A DNA stretch of 64,000 nt, from positions 107,882,001 through 107,946,000 of the forward strand of contig NC_087436.1 in NCBI RefSeq assembly GCF_036321535.1, written 5' to 3'. A program made the translations under genes and the position numbers. Within the stretch, counting starts at the first letter, position 1. The number at the start of each line of letters is the position of its first letter. Below the pieces are notes generated by a model, which searched no databases, was not told the DNA's origin, and worked only from the letters and a program-made list of their open reading frames with translations. Below, piece by piece: positions 23,421 through 36,494 of this stretch. The stretch comes from Camelus dromedarius. Its lineage: Eukaryota.

Positions 23421-24879
23421 CAGGGCAACAGGTTGTAGGGGAGAGGACATTGGAGAGGAGAAGGTTATGGAGGTCAGTGCCTGGCACACAGGTGGCCCTT
23501 ACTTAGAGCTAGTTAATGGAGCTAACCACTGCAGAACATTAATGGTGGATGAAGAATGAGGTCTAAGACTCCAGGTCAGAACTAGAGTTCGGATACTGGG
23601 TCTGCTACTGTGTGACCTAAGGAAGACACATGGCCTGTCGTAGCTTAGTTTCTTTATGGGTGCCTGGGACCTTCTTGCCCCATATACTCCATTGGCTTGC
23701 TCTCTCACTTTTTCAGTTTCCCATTAAAATATTACTTCTCTGATGACTTCATCTAATACAGCCATTCACATACGTCTCCCTCTTCCTTTATCCTGCTTTC
23801 CTTTCCTTCATAGATTTTATATTTTATCTTTCAAAGAAAAAAAATACATGTACTTCTATAATGTTATGTATATACATTATAATAATATTTATGTATATAT
23901 TATATATGTATATTTATGTTTGTTTATTTTTTACTATCTTCCTATTAAAATTCATTCCAATGTATGTTGAGTGGAAAATCAATGAAGAGAGCCCATTTTG
24001 ACAGGTTGCACTGAGGATTAACTGAAGTAATGTATGTCCAGTGCTCAGGGCAGTGGCTGACAAATAGTTGGAAACTGATAAATGTGAGTGGTGGTCATTT
24101 TTATAATTATTTTGGCTTGAGGAAAAGCCCTTTCGTCCTGAGTCTGGGCTGTCAGGAGAGTGGGGCGGTAGGGAGCGTGGCGGCGGTTAGGCAGGGGCTG
24201 GTGTGTGAGGAAGTAGCACTGGCCCTCTGGAAGGGGTAAATCTGCCCTGGGACATGGAAGGGAAGAGAAGGCTCTCCTGGGGTGATCTGCTGAGGGGACC
24301 CTGGGGAGGAGCTGCCTGGGAGCTGTGCTTTGAATGGCCAGATGGTTTAGAGAGGTTTCGAGGAAGCATTTTGTGGGTGGCATGAAGGACGTTGCAGGGA
24401 CAGCAGTTCGACCAGAGTAGAGAATGGTCTGAGAAGTGTTGAGGCTGAGAAGTGAGACTGGGGAGAGACTCAGAACTGTGGATTTTATCCAGTGGGCAAG
24501 AAGTCAAGATTTCTGAGAAAGATGATGGTATAATAAAAACAATGCCTTAGGAAGATGTCTCATGCTGCTGAAAAGGGAAGATGAAAGGAGGGGGAGGGTG
24601 CAGGGAGAAAGGGCAGTTGAGAAGATGTTGCAGTGGTCCAGACTGTAGGAAGGATTGGCCAGTTCTCGAGGGGTGTCACTGGGGGAGAAAATGAATCTGG
24701 CAGATTCTTATGGTGTTATGAGTGGTCTTTGTAACTGACTGAATGTGGGCGTGGAGTTAGGTGGGAGATCAAAGAGCAGTGGGGTCAAGATGGGCACATT
24801 AGCAAGTTCCGTGCTCAACTTAGTAAAGGCCTTTGCTTATGGTGAAGGGAAGCTATTATCCAGGAGACAGAAGAAGGAA

Positions 24880-24881
<2 letters not shown>

Positions 24882-24916
<35 letters not shown>
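24882..24916. repeat. (TG)17 microsatellite
   Basis: Read directly from the sequence. Confidence 0.95.
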
Positions 24917-24918
<2 letters not shown>

Positions 24919-26129
24919 AGTCAATAGCACTGAGTGCAACATTGTATCTAGGGCACTAGAGGTCTACCCTGCTAAGAGGGACCCTGGGTAGTCTGGAATA
25001 TCCTTTTCACTGGTAAGTAACCTGTGGCTCAAGAGGGTTAAGCAGCTCGCCCACAGTCCACGGCTAGTGCTTGGGAGAACAGGGATGTAAACCAAGGCAA
25101 TGCTAATCAAGGCATTCTGGATCCACAGACTATGTACTCTTGTTTCTCCACTCTCCTGCCTGCACAGGGCAGGGCTGGGGAGGAGGGAGGAGGGGGACTC
25201 TGGCCTGGCCTGATATTGTGCTGGGAGGGCTGGGCTCAGCTCAGCAGATACAGTGCTTATTGTCCAGTTCGGTGTTAAAGGGAGTTCAAAGGCAAATGAC
25301 CTGACAGAGTTCCCTGTGGGTTTCTAGATCACACCCAAGGTAAAGGTCCAAAGCCGGTACCCAGTTCAAATGATGCTGCATGGGAAGAGCCTTGATACCC
25401 AGCCTTGTGGTTTGGGAAAAAGAACCATTCATGCTTGGAGGGTTTGGATGAAAGTAACCCGCAGGGCCTCCCTGAGCCTGAGTTAAAGGGCTGGTGGAAG
25501 TGACTGGTGTGGACAAGCTAGTGCCAGGTAAGGGTCTGGGGCAGACTGGCCATTGGAAGTGCCATAAACAGGGAAGCTCTTGAAGGATGTTTATTATCCC
25601 ATGCAAAGATATGATTTTGATTCAGAGAGCATTCTACTTGCACAGCTGCCCTCCCTCCCCTCCTCCCCTCCCTGGACTGCTTGATCCTGCAGCCGCATCT
25701 CCCACCCACCCTGTGGACACAGGCAGTCTTGCTAGGACTGTCCAACTGAGAATATATAACCTTACTGCAAGCAGTAAACTCCAGCCATCTTCCATCCTGC
25801 CAGAGTAAGTCATGAATCCTTTTAATACTGTTCCTTAATGAATACAGTTTTAATTAATTGTTTGATATCTGCCAACACAGAGTAAAGAGACTGTACACAC
25901 TTCCAGGACACACAGGGGCACTCAAATATTTGTTGACCAATGGATAATGAAATGCCTTTAAGTGTACTGATAGAAAAGCAGTCAAATATTGTTATAACTG
26001 TTAGGTGAGCCTCATAATTCTGCTGTCATGAAATGCAATAAGCAAGCACTGAGGGAGTTGAAAGAAATTCTGTTTTTTCTCTTTCCTTCCCCTTCTCTTC
26101 TCGGGTCTCAGGACACATTTCACTCAACT

Positions 26130-26580
26130 TCGCTTCAGTCAACACATTTCTTTAGTGTGTATTATAAATCAAACATTGTACCGGGTTTGAGGGATACAGA
26201 TACCTTCTCCATCTTCACAGATGGCTGGCAAAGAAGAAATACCTTCAACAATGCATTAGCAGCATGCTGAGAGTTTCAGAACAGTGAGCAAAGGATGCTA
26301 TAGGAACATATGGGAAAAAACTGAATATATTTTAGGGGTCAGAAAATAACTTTTAAAGGAAGTATAAATTAAGTTGACACCTAAATGACACTTAGAGGTA
26401 GACACAAGAATGGAGAACATACTTGAAGAACTAAAAGTGTCCAAAAAGAGAGAGAGAAGGACTAAAGATAAATGCTGAAGAGGCAGATAGGGCCAGATGG
26501 TTGAGTTTTATTAAGGATTTGGTCTTTATCCAAAGGGCAATGAGAAGTTATCAGAGATTTTAAGTAGGGAAGCAAAATAG
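26130..26580 (-). mobile_element. L2 LINE fragment
   Basis: TCAGTCAACACATTTCTTTAGTG start and GGATTTGGTCTTTATCCAAAGGGCAATGAGAAGTTATCAGAGATTTTAAGTAGGG. Confidence 0.6.
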
Positions 26581-27954
26581 CCAAATAACCACATCTTCTG
26601 GCCTTGGTCCATACACTCAGCAAAAAGCATAAGTAGTTATCCCAGTGCCCAGCAAACTGTTGATCATGTCTTTCTGTGATCTGAGATTATTTTCTCATTC
26701 TCCCTGTCTTGTTTTCCCTTTGTTTGTTTTTCCATGTACCTTTTGTCTTCTGCCTTGACTAACCTCTGACATCCGATTTTGGTCTGTGATTTAGAACTCA
26801 TTGCTAGCTATTTAGTGTTTAGGTCAGCAGTCTCCAAACTGTTTTGATCTTGTACGCCCAACTATAAAAATATTTTGAGCGTGTACTTTGACTTTTATAG
26901 ATTTCATCGTAAATTATACACATGTACTTACAGAAGTGTGTGCACTATTGGTAAAGCTTAACTTCTTTCTTTTCTTAGGTAATAAACATGATAAAATAGT
27001 AATATCAAAACCCAAAGGTATCATCCCAGTGACCTCTAATGAAGGATTTCTATTAATACTTGACTAGTGTAAAGAAAAAAGTCTAACGTACTAGACTTTG
27101 CAGCCTGGAACGAAGCAATGTGTGGCAAAGAACCATCTGCAATGTGCCACTTTATCAGTGGTTAGCTTCCACACGTATTTTTATGTTCACTTTTACAAAT
27201 ATCAAGTGTTCGGGAGGTAATGCTACCTTGCAACACTGTTATTAACTATTCCTCCTTCCTCAGTGCTTCAGCCCGCTTGCAGCTGTCCCCGTCCCTCCCA
27301 ACTGAGACATCTTCTGCACTGTTCAGACTCCACTTTGTCCTGATTTGTTTCCAGCATACTCTTCCTGCATTCCGAATTTCCCACTGTTTCATGCATGATG
27401 GCTGTCACAATTCCAGAGAAGGCTCAGTCTATCTGTCTACAGATACCCAAAGGGTACATGAGACACACATGAGCTAGTGCCTAATACACTTAAAAAGGCT
27501 TTTACCGTACAGGCACTCACATGTGGGCATTTCCTGACTCAACCACAGAGCATTCATCTGTTGTTATTTCTATTTCATGAACCCATGCAGTGTGGGTCTG
27601 ATGCCTGCTAATTTGTGGGGAACCTGAGTCAACACTGTCTACCCGACTACAATGTGTAATAGCGAACTCTCCAGTGGCAAGGTTCCTACAGGCCTTCACG
27701 GGAAGGGAGAGCTTTCATCAAAAAAAAAAAAAGGTTGAGCCTTAAGTTTTAAAGATCTATAGTAGTTGTACATTTGCGTGCCTGGTGTTGTGGGGTCGCA
27801 AAGAAGCGAATGGTGAGTTTCAGTTGGAGAGGGTGAGCTATGATGACATGCCAAAGCCACTGAAGTACTTTGTGTTAACACTGATTTCGTGATGGCCTTG
27901 CTAATGATTTAAACAAAGATCTTCAAATCATGCCTCCGATTTACCGAGTGCAAT

Positions 27955-29400
27955 TTAATCCCCTGGAATTTAGACTCCGTGAGCATAGAGATTGGCTATT
28001 TTGTTCACTGTATATCCCATGCACCTTGAACAGGGACTGCCAATAGTAGGCTCTCAAATATTTGTCTCATGAGTCTGCTGCCCACAACCTAGCTTCTATC
28101 TGCTGTACATTGAGAGAGAGAACATGTGGACAAGCAACTCTCACACTAGTGTGACTTAAGTGCTAAAATAGAGGCATGTGCCAAGTCCCGTGGGAGCAAA
28201 GGTGTGGGAAGGACTACCTGCCAAGGGAAGTTAAGGAACTTTGCTGAGAAAAATGGCATCTCACAGAGCCCTGCAATGTGTTAAGGTTTATCCAGTGGAA
28301 GAGAGAGAAAGAGATGCCGAGGTAGGTAGAACAGCCTGTGCCCAGGCTCAGATTTGTGTGCAGAACTCAAACTACATCCAGGGAACGGTGAGAAGGTCCA
28401 CACATGAATATTGGCAACATGGGAAGATGTGTCCAAAAGTGAGGTTGGAAGGGTGGATGGTGATAGGTTGTTTCAAATCATTGCATTTATGTCTGGCGAG
28501 TTTAAATTAAAATCTGCAGGCAGTAGGGAGCTATTGAAGGATATTAAGCAATAATAATATTTTTAGAGGGAAGTGGTGGCGGTAAGTCCACAGAAGTCAA
28601 GGGAACTGGTTGGAAAAGTAGGGCAAGCAGTGTGGAATGGGAGACCTGCATTAAAGCAGTGTGGCATGTGGAGAGGAGGTGGTAGGTTCAAGAGAAAGGC
28701 AGCAAGTATAACCAGTGAGTCACCAAGCATTAGAATGAGGATCAGAAAAGTAGGAGTCAGGAAGCTATCCACATGCTTAGCTTTAACCTCCAGTGAGAAT
28801 TCTTGAGGATATGGCTGCTTTGGGATTTAGGCAGTTGAGATACAGGTAGAGAATGTAGGAGAAGCCAGCTGATAATTGAAGGCATGAATCTCCATCTCAG
28901 AAGGGGCTAGAGATGCAGATTTAGGAGCCAGCAGATTGCGGAGGGAATCACTTAACGAGAGGACAGAGCTCAGATTGGCACATGAGGAGGCAGACTAGAT
29001 TTAAGTGGCTGGACCAGGGAGGAGGCACCAGCCATGGAGTCAGAGATGGATCGTAAAGGGAGGTTGAAGGACTGGCAGCCAAGGGTAGTGGAAGCCAAGG
29101 GAAGGAAACTTTTCCAGTACCTGGTCAATTATCTTAAGTGCTTTGCATGGTTAAGTAAAATGAGAACTGCAAGGATTTTGGCCGTTAGGAGGCTGAAGCC
29201 ATTTAAGTGGGGCAGGAGCCAGGTTGCAGTGGGTTTGGGTGTGAGTGAGGAAACAAAGGAGAGTGAGTGTAGGCAACTCTTCGAAGAAGTTTTGTTGTGG
29301 AGGAAAGAGGGTAGAAGGAGCAGTTGCTTGAGGAAGGAGCTGCTGGCAGATTCATTTTGTTAAACAGGAAAAATTTGCGCATGTTTGTGGAGAGCCGTGG
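27955..29400. mobile_element. L2 LINE fragments (short + strand 3' end, then - strand body)
   Basis: TTTTGTTCACTGTATATCCCA...TAGTAGGCTCTCAAATATTTG, followed by the reverse-strand GGCAGTAGGGAGCTATTGAAGGATATTAAGCA and GGGGCTAGAGATGCAGATTTAGGAG. Confidence 0.55.
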
Positions 29401-29797
29401 CCTGAAAGCACAAGAGAGAGAATCATTCTTCTATTATAGCACCAGTGTGCTTTGTATATGCCATAGAAATTGCTACTGTGCAGTTGTCTATTTACACTTG
29501 AACTACTTACAGAAATACAGAAAAGTATAGAGAACACTAAGACCCTGAGGATTTCCTACTTAAAATTGATAGTTAATAATTTTACTAAATACTTGCTTCC
29601 AGCCTTCTTTATACAAAAGCACTAAAATGTTAACAATAAAGTTGACAACCATTCTGTCACCGTCTGTGTTCCCTCTCCTAGCTCCTCTTGCCTGCAGTTG
29701 CAGCCACTGCCATGAATTTGGTTTGTATCCTTCTGATTTATTTAATATCCTATCTGTACATGTAAATACGTGTGAACCATGTGTCATGTTTCACGTG

Positions 29798-30151
29798 TGC
29801 CTTAGTCCTTTCAGGCTGCTGTAATAAAATGCCACATACTGGGTAGCTTATGACTAGCAGGAATGTGTTGCTCATGATTCTGGAGGTTTCCAGTCTGAGA
29901 TCAGACAGCCAGCATGGTCTTGTGAGGGCCCTCTTCTGGGCCATAGACTTACTTTATCCTCACATGGCAGAAGTGGGCTAGGGAGCTCTGTGGGGATCTC
30001 TTATATAAGGGCACTAATTCCATTCATGAGGGCTCCACCCTCATAATGTAATCACCTCCCAAATCCCCACCTGCTGATACCATCACGCTGGGGGAGTTAG
30101 GATTTCAGCATATGAATGAGGGTGAGGGGCACAGATATTCAGACTGTGGTA
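29798..30151 (-). mobile_element. MLT1A/MLT1A0-like MaLR solo LTR inserted in an old L1 (L1ME-like) fragment
   Basis: Near full-length reverse match including ATAAGGGCACTAATTCCATTCATGAGGGCTCCACCCTCAT...AATCACCTCCCAAA. Confidence 0.85.
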
Positions 30152-31632
30152 ATGCACCTATTGTAAAATTTATACAGGTGGTGTATTTTAAGACTTTACT
30201 TGCCTTAGAAACAATGTCTTGTGTCTTGGAGATTTGGCTGCATTGATAAAGAGAGCAGGGTGGTACAGATTCATAAACTTTAGCTTAATTGGGGGGAAGA
30301 TTATCCCATATAGTTAATACTTCTACAAGAGCCATACACTTTAGGCTCACTTTGTGTTTATGAATGAACAGAAATTAAAAAAAGAAGAACACTAACTAAC
30401 TTCTGAAATACTGATGTGTCACAAATTCTTCTTTGCTAATTTCTGTGTTCCTTTAGCATTGGGTGGAAATGGTGGCTTGTTTGACTACAGAGTATTTGGT
30501 GATATAATTCAGTGTTAAGGATTCTGGAAAACATTTATCTCATTGTCACTTAGACTCTCATTAAAGATATTTTTATGCTGAATGTGGTGAACTGGGTTGT
30601 TTTATGCAGTTTAATCTATTTTGTATGTCAGTAATCCACCATAGCTTATATGCAAGACCATTTTTAAGTTTTGCAATCTGTGTGTGAAGTCACTGAACAG
30701 TGCCCAAGGGCTCCAGAGAGTGTTTCAGAGAATTAGGTCTTGTTAGGGCAACCTGATTGTATAATTCATCACTGATCCAAACCAGAGGTTTATTCACTAG
30801 ATCCAAGGAGAAAAGAAAGCTTCAGTATGGTTCAACTAATGTATATTGGATCTCTCCTATGGACTAGGCATTCTTCCAGGTGCTGAGTGGGCGAGGGGGA
30901 AAAGGACCCAGAAATGAAGATCATATTCTTGCTACGTTCATTCTACTTGCAGCCTCCATAGGCAGATTGATTGGAGAGGGCTTAATATTTATTTTGTCCC
31001 AGTAGGTGTCAGGCCCTGTTTTTGAGTGTACATGTGTAACTGCATCAGAGCTTTACATCCACATCCAGTGAGTAGGTAGAATTAACACTGTTCAACAGAT
31101 ACAGGGACTGAGTCTCAGAAAGGTCAAGCAACATGCTCTAGGTCACACAGCAGGTGTCAGAGCATGTAGATGACAGATTTAGGTCCCTGTCCATCCAACT
31201 TCAAGGCCTTTGTTCTTCCTACTTTTCATAGCTATCTACCAAGTTTATATAGAAGACTAACATATCTGCTAAATTAATTAGAAACAAGGTCATGTGAGTT
31301 GAATATTAAACATGAAAATTACAAAAAGGAATTTGATCATTGTAGCTAGAGATGATCAAATCTCTAGCTACTACCGTAAACATACTATCTTTAAGTATAG
31401 TTGGAGTGCTCTAGAATGGGTGTGGCGTAGCTGAGGGCAGGCCTTGGGGTTCAGGTATCCAGGAGCTCACACGTTTGCTGTCTTCCTAATTCCTAGGCTT
31501 CCTCTCCTCTGCTTTGGTGCTTCTATTCAGTGCATGTTCTTTGCGAGTGACTGAGTGCTGAGAGTGACTCATCTTCCCAGAGAGTTTTAGGAGACTAGGT
31601 GGAGGATGCCCCTGGGAGATCTGTTACCTTAG

Positions 31633-32122
31633 TTTGGCAGGCAGAATAATGGGACCTCAAAGACCTGCATGGTTTAGTCTCTGGAACCTGTGACTGTGTT
31701 ACTGTACAAGGCGAAAGGGATCTTGCAGATGATTGAGTTAAGGACCTGGTTATGGGGGGATTATTCTGGACTGTCAATGGGCCCAGTCTAATACCCGAGT
31801 CCTTGAAGGTGGACATCCTTTCCTGGGTCTGGTCGGAAGGACACATCTCTCAGGAAGAATGGTCAGAGGGACACAGAGTTGTTGCTTTGAATATGAATAT
31901 GGAAGGAGGGGTCCGTCGGTCAAGGAACGTGGGTGGCCTCCAGCAGCTGGAAGAGGCACATGGGTTCTCCCCTGGAGCCTGTAGAAGGGAACCTAGCCCT
32001 CCTGGCACTTTGATCTTTGCTCAGTGTCATATGTCTGACCCACCAAACGGTAAGATAGTACGTTTGTGTTTTATGCCACTCAGTTTGTGGTAATTTGTTA
32101 CAGCAGCTGTACAGAACACATA
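31633..32122 (+). mobile_element. MLT1D-like MaLR solo LTR
   Basis: TGGCAGGCAGAATAATGG...CTGGAACCTGTGA...AAAGGGATCTTGCAGATG...GCCACTCAGTTTGTGGTAATTTGTTACAGCAGC. Confidence 0.85.
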
Positions 32123-33059
32123 GGCTTGGTCATATGGTTCTCTGAGTATCTCCTCAATATTCTACAATGATATAAGCAGCATTCATAAAGAATGGGCCTT
32201 TTGAAGGGTATATGTTTTCAGAGTGCTTCTCAGCACAGACTCTTAGAAGCAGTCGGTAGGCTTAGCACAGCCTTGGTTAGAGAGGTGTGTTCGCTAAACT
32301 CAAGCTCTAGGAACACAGATTGTTTGACTTATTCTTCCTGAGTCTCACTGTCCTCACTGGTTAAGTGAGGATTAGTAAGAAGGTTAGGATTGGTAATTTA
32401 AAGTGCTTACTCTGGTGCCTGGCACACACTGGCTGTTTAACAAATGGTCATAGAGATGATGAAGATGTTCCAAATGGTTGGATTTTTCTCAGTTATTTAA
32501 ATGGCAGAATCACCCAGCTTATTAGCATGTACAGCTGGACTCATGGGCAAAGGTATAATTTGTCTCCTGTAAAAGCTAAGCTCCCATCTTCTGAGAAATA
32601 GGGGTAAAATCTATAGTAATGGGAGTCAGGCTTATCTGGTATTCATAAGCAAGACTTGGAGAGAGACTGCTTTTATCTGAATCTGAGTGCCATCACTTAT
32701 TACTTTGTAACTTCATTGTTCTCAGCTGTTAGGGGAATGAATCATAGGAACATCCTAGGACTATTGTATATGTTAGAATTGTTTGAGATAATGCATGGAG
32801 ATCTTTTACCCATAGAAATTATGCAGTAAGTGTTGGCTATATATAGCTCAAGGAACTTCATGACTATCTTTATTCAATCAAAAATAATAATGTTTAAAAC
32901 CCTTTTCCAACTTAGAAACTCTTTGGTTGACCACATATCATTTTGCTTTTTCACTATCCAAGGGGTGGGTGGTGAGGAGATTGAAGATCAGTGAGCTAAA
33001 GTGACTTGCCCAAGGTCACAGGAAGCAAATGTGGGTTCTAACCCAGTCTTCTAGCTCCA

Positions 33060-33700
33060 ATGCCTCTATTGTCATTTATCAAGTCAACACGTTTCTTGAG
33101 CGTGAACTCTGTGCCATGACATTAGACAATTTCCTGGGATGCAACAGTCACGAAGATAGGCGCAGCCTCTCTTATCATGGGACCTTTAAATATATAGGCC
33201 TTCAGATTAAAACACATTATGTTCGTGAGTATTACCAAAGAAAGTTTATAACTGTTATTAGAGACCATATCAGGGGAAACCAAACCTTCCTACAAGTTTC
33301 TTCCTAAAGAAATAACATTTCATTGGAAGGAGAAGTAAGAGTTAGGTAGACTGAAGGATGGGGAAAAGGAATTCTATGCAGCAGGAATCCCATGAATAAG
33401 AGCCTTGAGGCTGAAAACGAAATGATATCTTTGAGGAGTCAAAAAATCCCAATGTGACTGGAGGTGAGTGAGTAAGAGGGAGAGGGTGAAGGATGACTTG
33501 AGAGACATTAGAAAAGTGTATCCTAGATATCATTGACCGCCATCTTAAGGACTCAGGGACAGCAGAAGCTACAAAAGGAGTTGCTTGATCAGATTTACAT
33601 TTAAAAATATAACTAGCAGGGAGGATTAGATTATAGAAGAGTAATACTGTAGGAAGAGGAGCGGAGTGGAGTAGTAGAGAAGAGACCCTGGGGCAGGATC
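33060..33700 (-). mobile_element. L2 LINE fragment (preceded by a MIR at about 32940-33060)
   Basis: TCAACACGTTTCTTGAGCG start, AATGTGACTGGAGGTGAGTGAG and TGATCAGATTTACATTTAAAA motifs. Confidence 0.55.
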
Positions 33701-35364
33701 CTGAAGAACTCTTTCCATTATGACTACAGAGGACGTTGTTTGAAATTATAGCTGATCTACCCCAAATCTCGATTTGTGGAGTCAACACTTATCCTTATGA
33801 AATTGATAGAGAGGACGACAGACTTCTTCCTGCAGATAAGAGGAAAAACAATTTTTTTGTTGTTGTTTCTAACCCAAAGGCCTCATCCAAAGACTGCTTA
33901 GCTGAATTGTATAAAAATTTATTAATAAACAGAAAGTATCCTCTTTGTCTACAGAAACTATTTGCAGCTATAGAACTGTTCAGTCAGCGGACCTTATTTT
34001 ATTTTTTTAATTCAACAACAAAACTGACTTTTTCCTGGAGAAAATCTCTATCTACTGATTTTCTGGACATATAACATACTGGCACCAAAAGTTGTTGGTC
34101 TGACTGGAAGAATCTACAGTGCACCTGTGGAGGACCTGGTCATCAGTTTACCCTGTGCCTGACTCTCTCCTGTGACACCATGGAAATCAGCGTTTGCTTA
34201 CAGGCAGAATACTGAAGTTGAGGGAACGGTCATTTCCTCTGGCAGTACCACTGCCATCTATGGGTGTGGATGAGACAAGACATGGAAGGTGAAACCACTG
34301 TGCTTAATCATTTAATAATCTAGGTAGGAAGTTGTTAAGACCCCAATACATGAAAAGTTAATCAACAATTCCAGGAAGTGGGGAAATAACTTCAAATAAC
34401 CAGCAGAGGCAGGGAATACTGCTGGCAGTTGGAGAAGGATGAGCTCAAAGAAGATTAGAGTGACTAGAGAGGAAGGCTTAAGAGATGGGCATCTTGAGTT
34501 TGAGAACTGTGGCATTTGGATAATAGTAGCATAAGGTACAAGTATTTCAAGTGGGTTGGTAGGTTGAGAAAGGGGGGTTGAGAAAAGCACATTTGAGAAC
34601 TAGTGACCACGCCATTCTGTTGGTAGAGGATTAGTAGAATTTCCTTTGGATCAGAAAGTAACGGGAAGTCATGGGCTGCAGGCAGTGGGTGCTGAATGAG
34701 CGCATGAGGTGGCAACTGGCAGAGAGTAGGGTAGCAGCTGTGAGAGGAAGAGGAAATTGGGAGAGCAACTATTTCATGGCAGTTTTAGTCAATCTTCACC
34801 TTGCATGATGATAAAATAGAATCGAGTGTGATTGAATCACATAAGGCATTTGCAAGTTGTATCCTTGAATTTAGCAAAACTTGACTTTCAGGTTGTATTA
34901 ACATTATGGCATACAAAAAAAAAAATCCCTCCTTCTGTCTTTGTCATGTTTGGGGGTGTCATTAGATGGGGTTGAGAAAGGAAAGCAATGCAGTATTTTC
35001 CTGTTTTATTTTATAGAACTCAGCCTCTGACTCATTGGCATAAAGCAGATGTCACCTTCCCTCTGTACTCATCACTGGTTTTGTTTCTCTCTGCTCCTGA
35101 CCCCTTTGCACAAGGCAACATTAGTAGGTCTCATGTCATTCTCTACCACTAGATTATGAGTCTGCTGTTTCATTTTTCTTTGTATAGCAGAAACACTTGG
35201 CACAGTAAATTTTTCTTGATTGAATGAAGAGAGAATTGGCTCCAAAATGTATTTCCTGATTAATCTTAAAACCATGAAGAATATAACAGAAAATACCTTT
35301 TTAAAGGCAGAGGAGCTGAATGGAACTTTAGGAAGAGTTTCCCTAGGACCAATAAACTTCACTG

Positions 35365-36400
35365 ATTAACCAAATATTTATTGAGCATCTGTGGAGTGTC
35401 TAGGAAATAGGAACACAGTAATGAGAAAGTCAGACGAGGTCCCTGCTCTCAAGGAGGGGAGAATGTTTTGGAGGAAGCCAGATAATAAATAGGCAAGAAA
35501 ATATAACAGTACTTGCTGTGAAGGAAGGAAAACAGCGTGATGGACCGAGAGTAACAGGGTGAGTACTTGAGGCTTATTAGGGAAGGAGAAGGCTTCTCTG
35601 AAGAGGTGAGCTATCAGCAGAGCCCTGGATTAGAAGAAAATGTCATTTATGTGACTCTCTGAGGGGAAAGCTTTCCAGACAGAAGACGTGGCTTTTGCAA
35701 AGATCCAAAAGCAGAGTAGGCTGGGATTGTCCAAAGGTCAGAAAGGAGGACAGAGAAGTTGGAGTGTAGGTAGTCAGATGGAGAGACTTGAGATGAGTTA
35801 GAAATAGGGGTGGGAGCCAGACCATGTGAGGAGGACCTCGGAGGCTAGAAGAAGGCATGTGGCTTTGACTATAAATGTGAGAGGACGCAGTTATGAGGGC
35901 TTTATGAAGAGAAGTGACAGGATATAATTTATACTATAAAGAAGAACACTCCGGCCAGTTTATGGGGAATGAATGTTGAGGTAGAGAGACTGGAAGCAGG
36001 GAGATGAGGTAGGAGGGGGAGTGGTACCCCAGGCAGGACACGTTTTGGATTTAGGATGTCAATGGAGAGAAGTAGGAGGATTCAGGATCTACTGAGCTAG
36101 TAGGGCTGGCCAGACTTGCTGATGAGCTGGTTGTGGGGAATGACGGACAGAGTGGCAACAAGGCTGACTTCTAGGCATTTGGCCTGAGCTACTGACATGG
36201 GTGGTGGTGTTACTTATTGACATGGGGGAACATGGGGGAGAAGACTGGGGAGGATTGAAAAACGAGGAGTTCAGTTTTGGATATGTTAGGGTTAAGTTAC
36301 CTCTTAAACATGCGAGTGGAGATTTCAAGGAGGCAGTTGGACATATAACAGGTTTTAGGGTAGAGGTTAGGACTGAAGATACAATTGTTGGAGCCATGTA
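35365..36400 (-). mobile_element. L2 LINE 3' region (about 1 kb)
   Basis: AACCAAATATTTATTGAGCATCTG start, GGTCCCTGCTCTCAAGGAG, GAGTTCAGTTTTGGATATGTTAGG, GGAGGCAGTTGGACATA. Confidence 0.8.
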
Positions 36401-36494
36401 ATATACATGTCTCTGTATAAAATATATATAACATAAATAAATCCCAATTATGACATCAATTATAAACTTGATTTACTTGTTTATATAACAGGAA

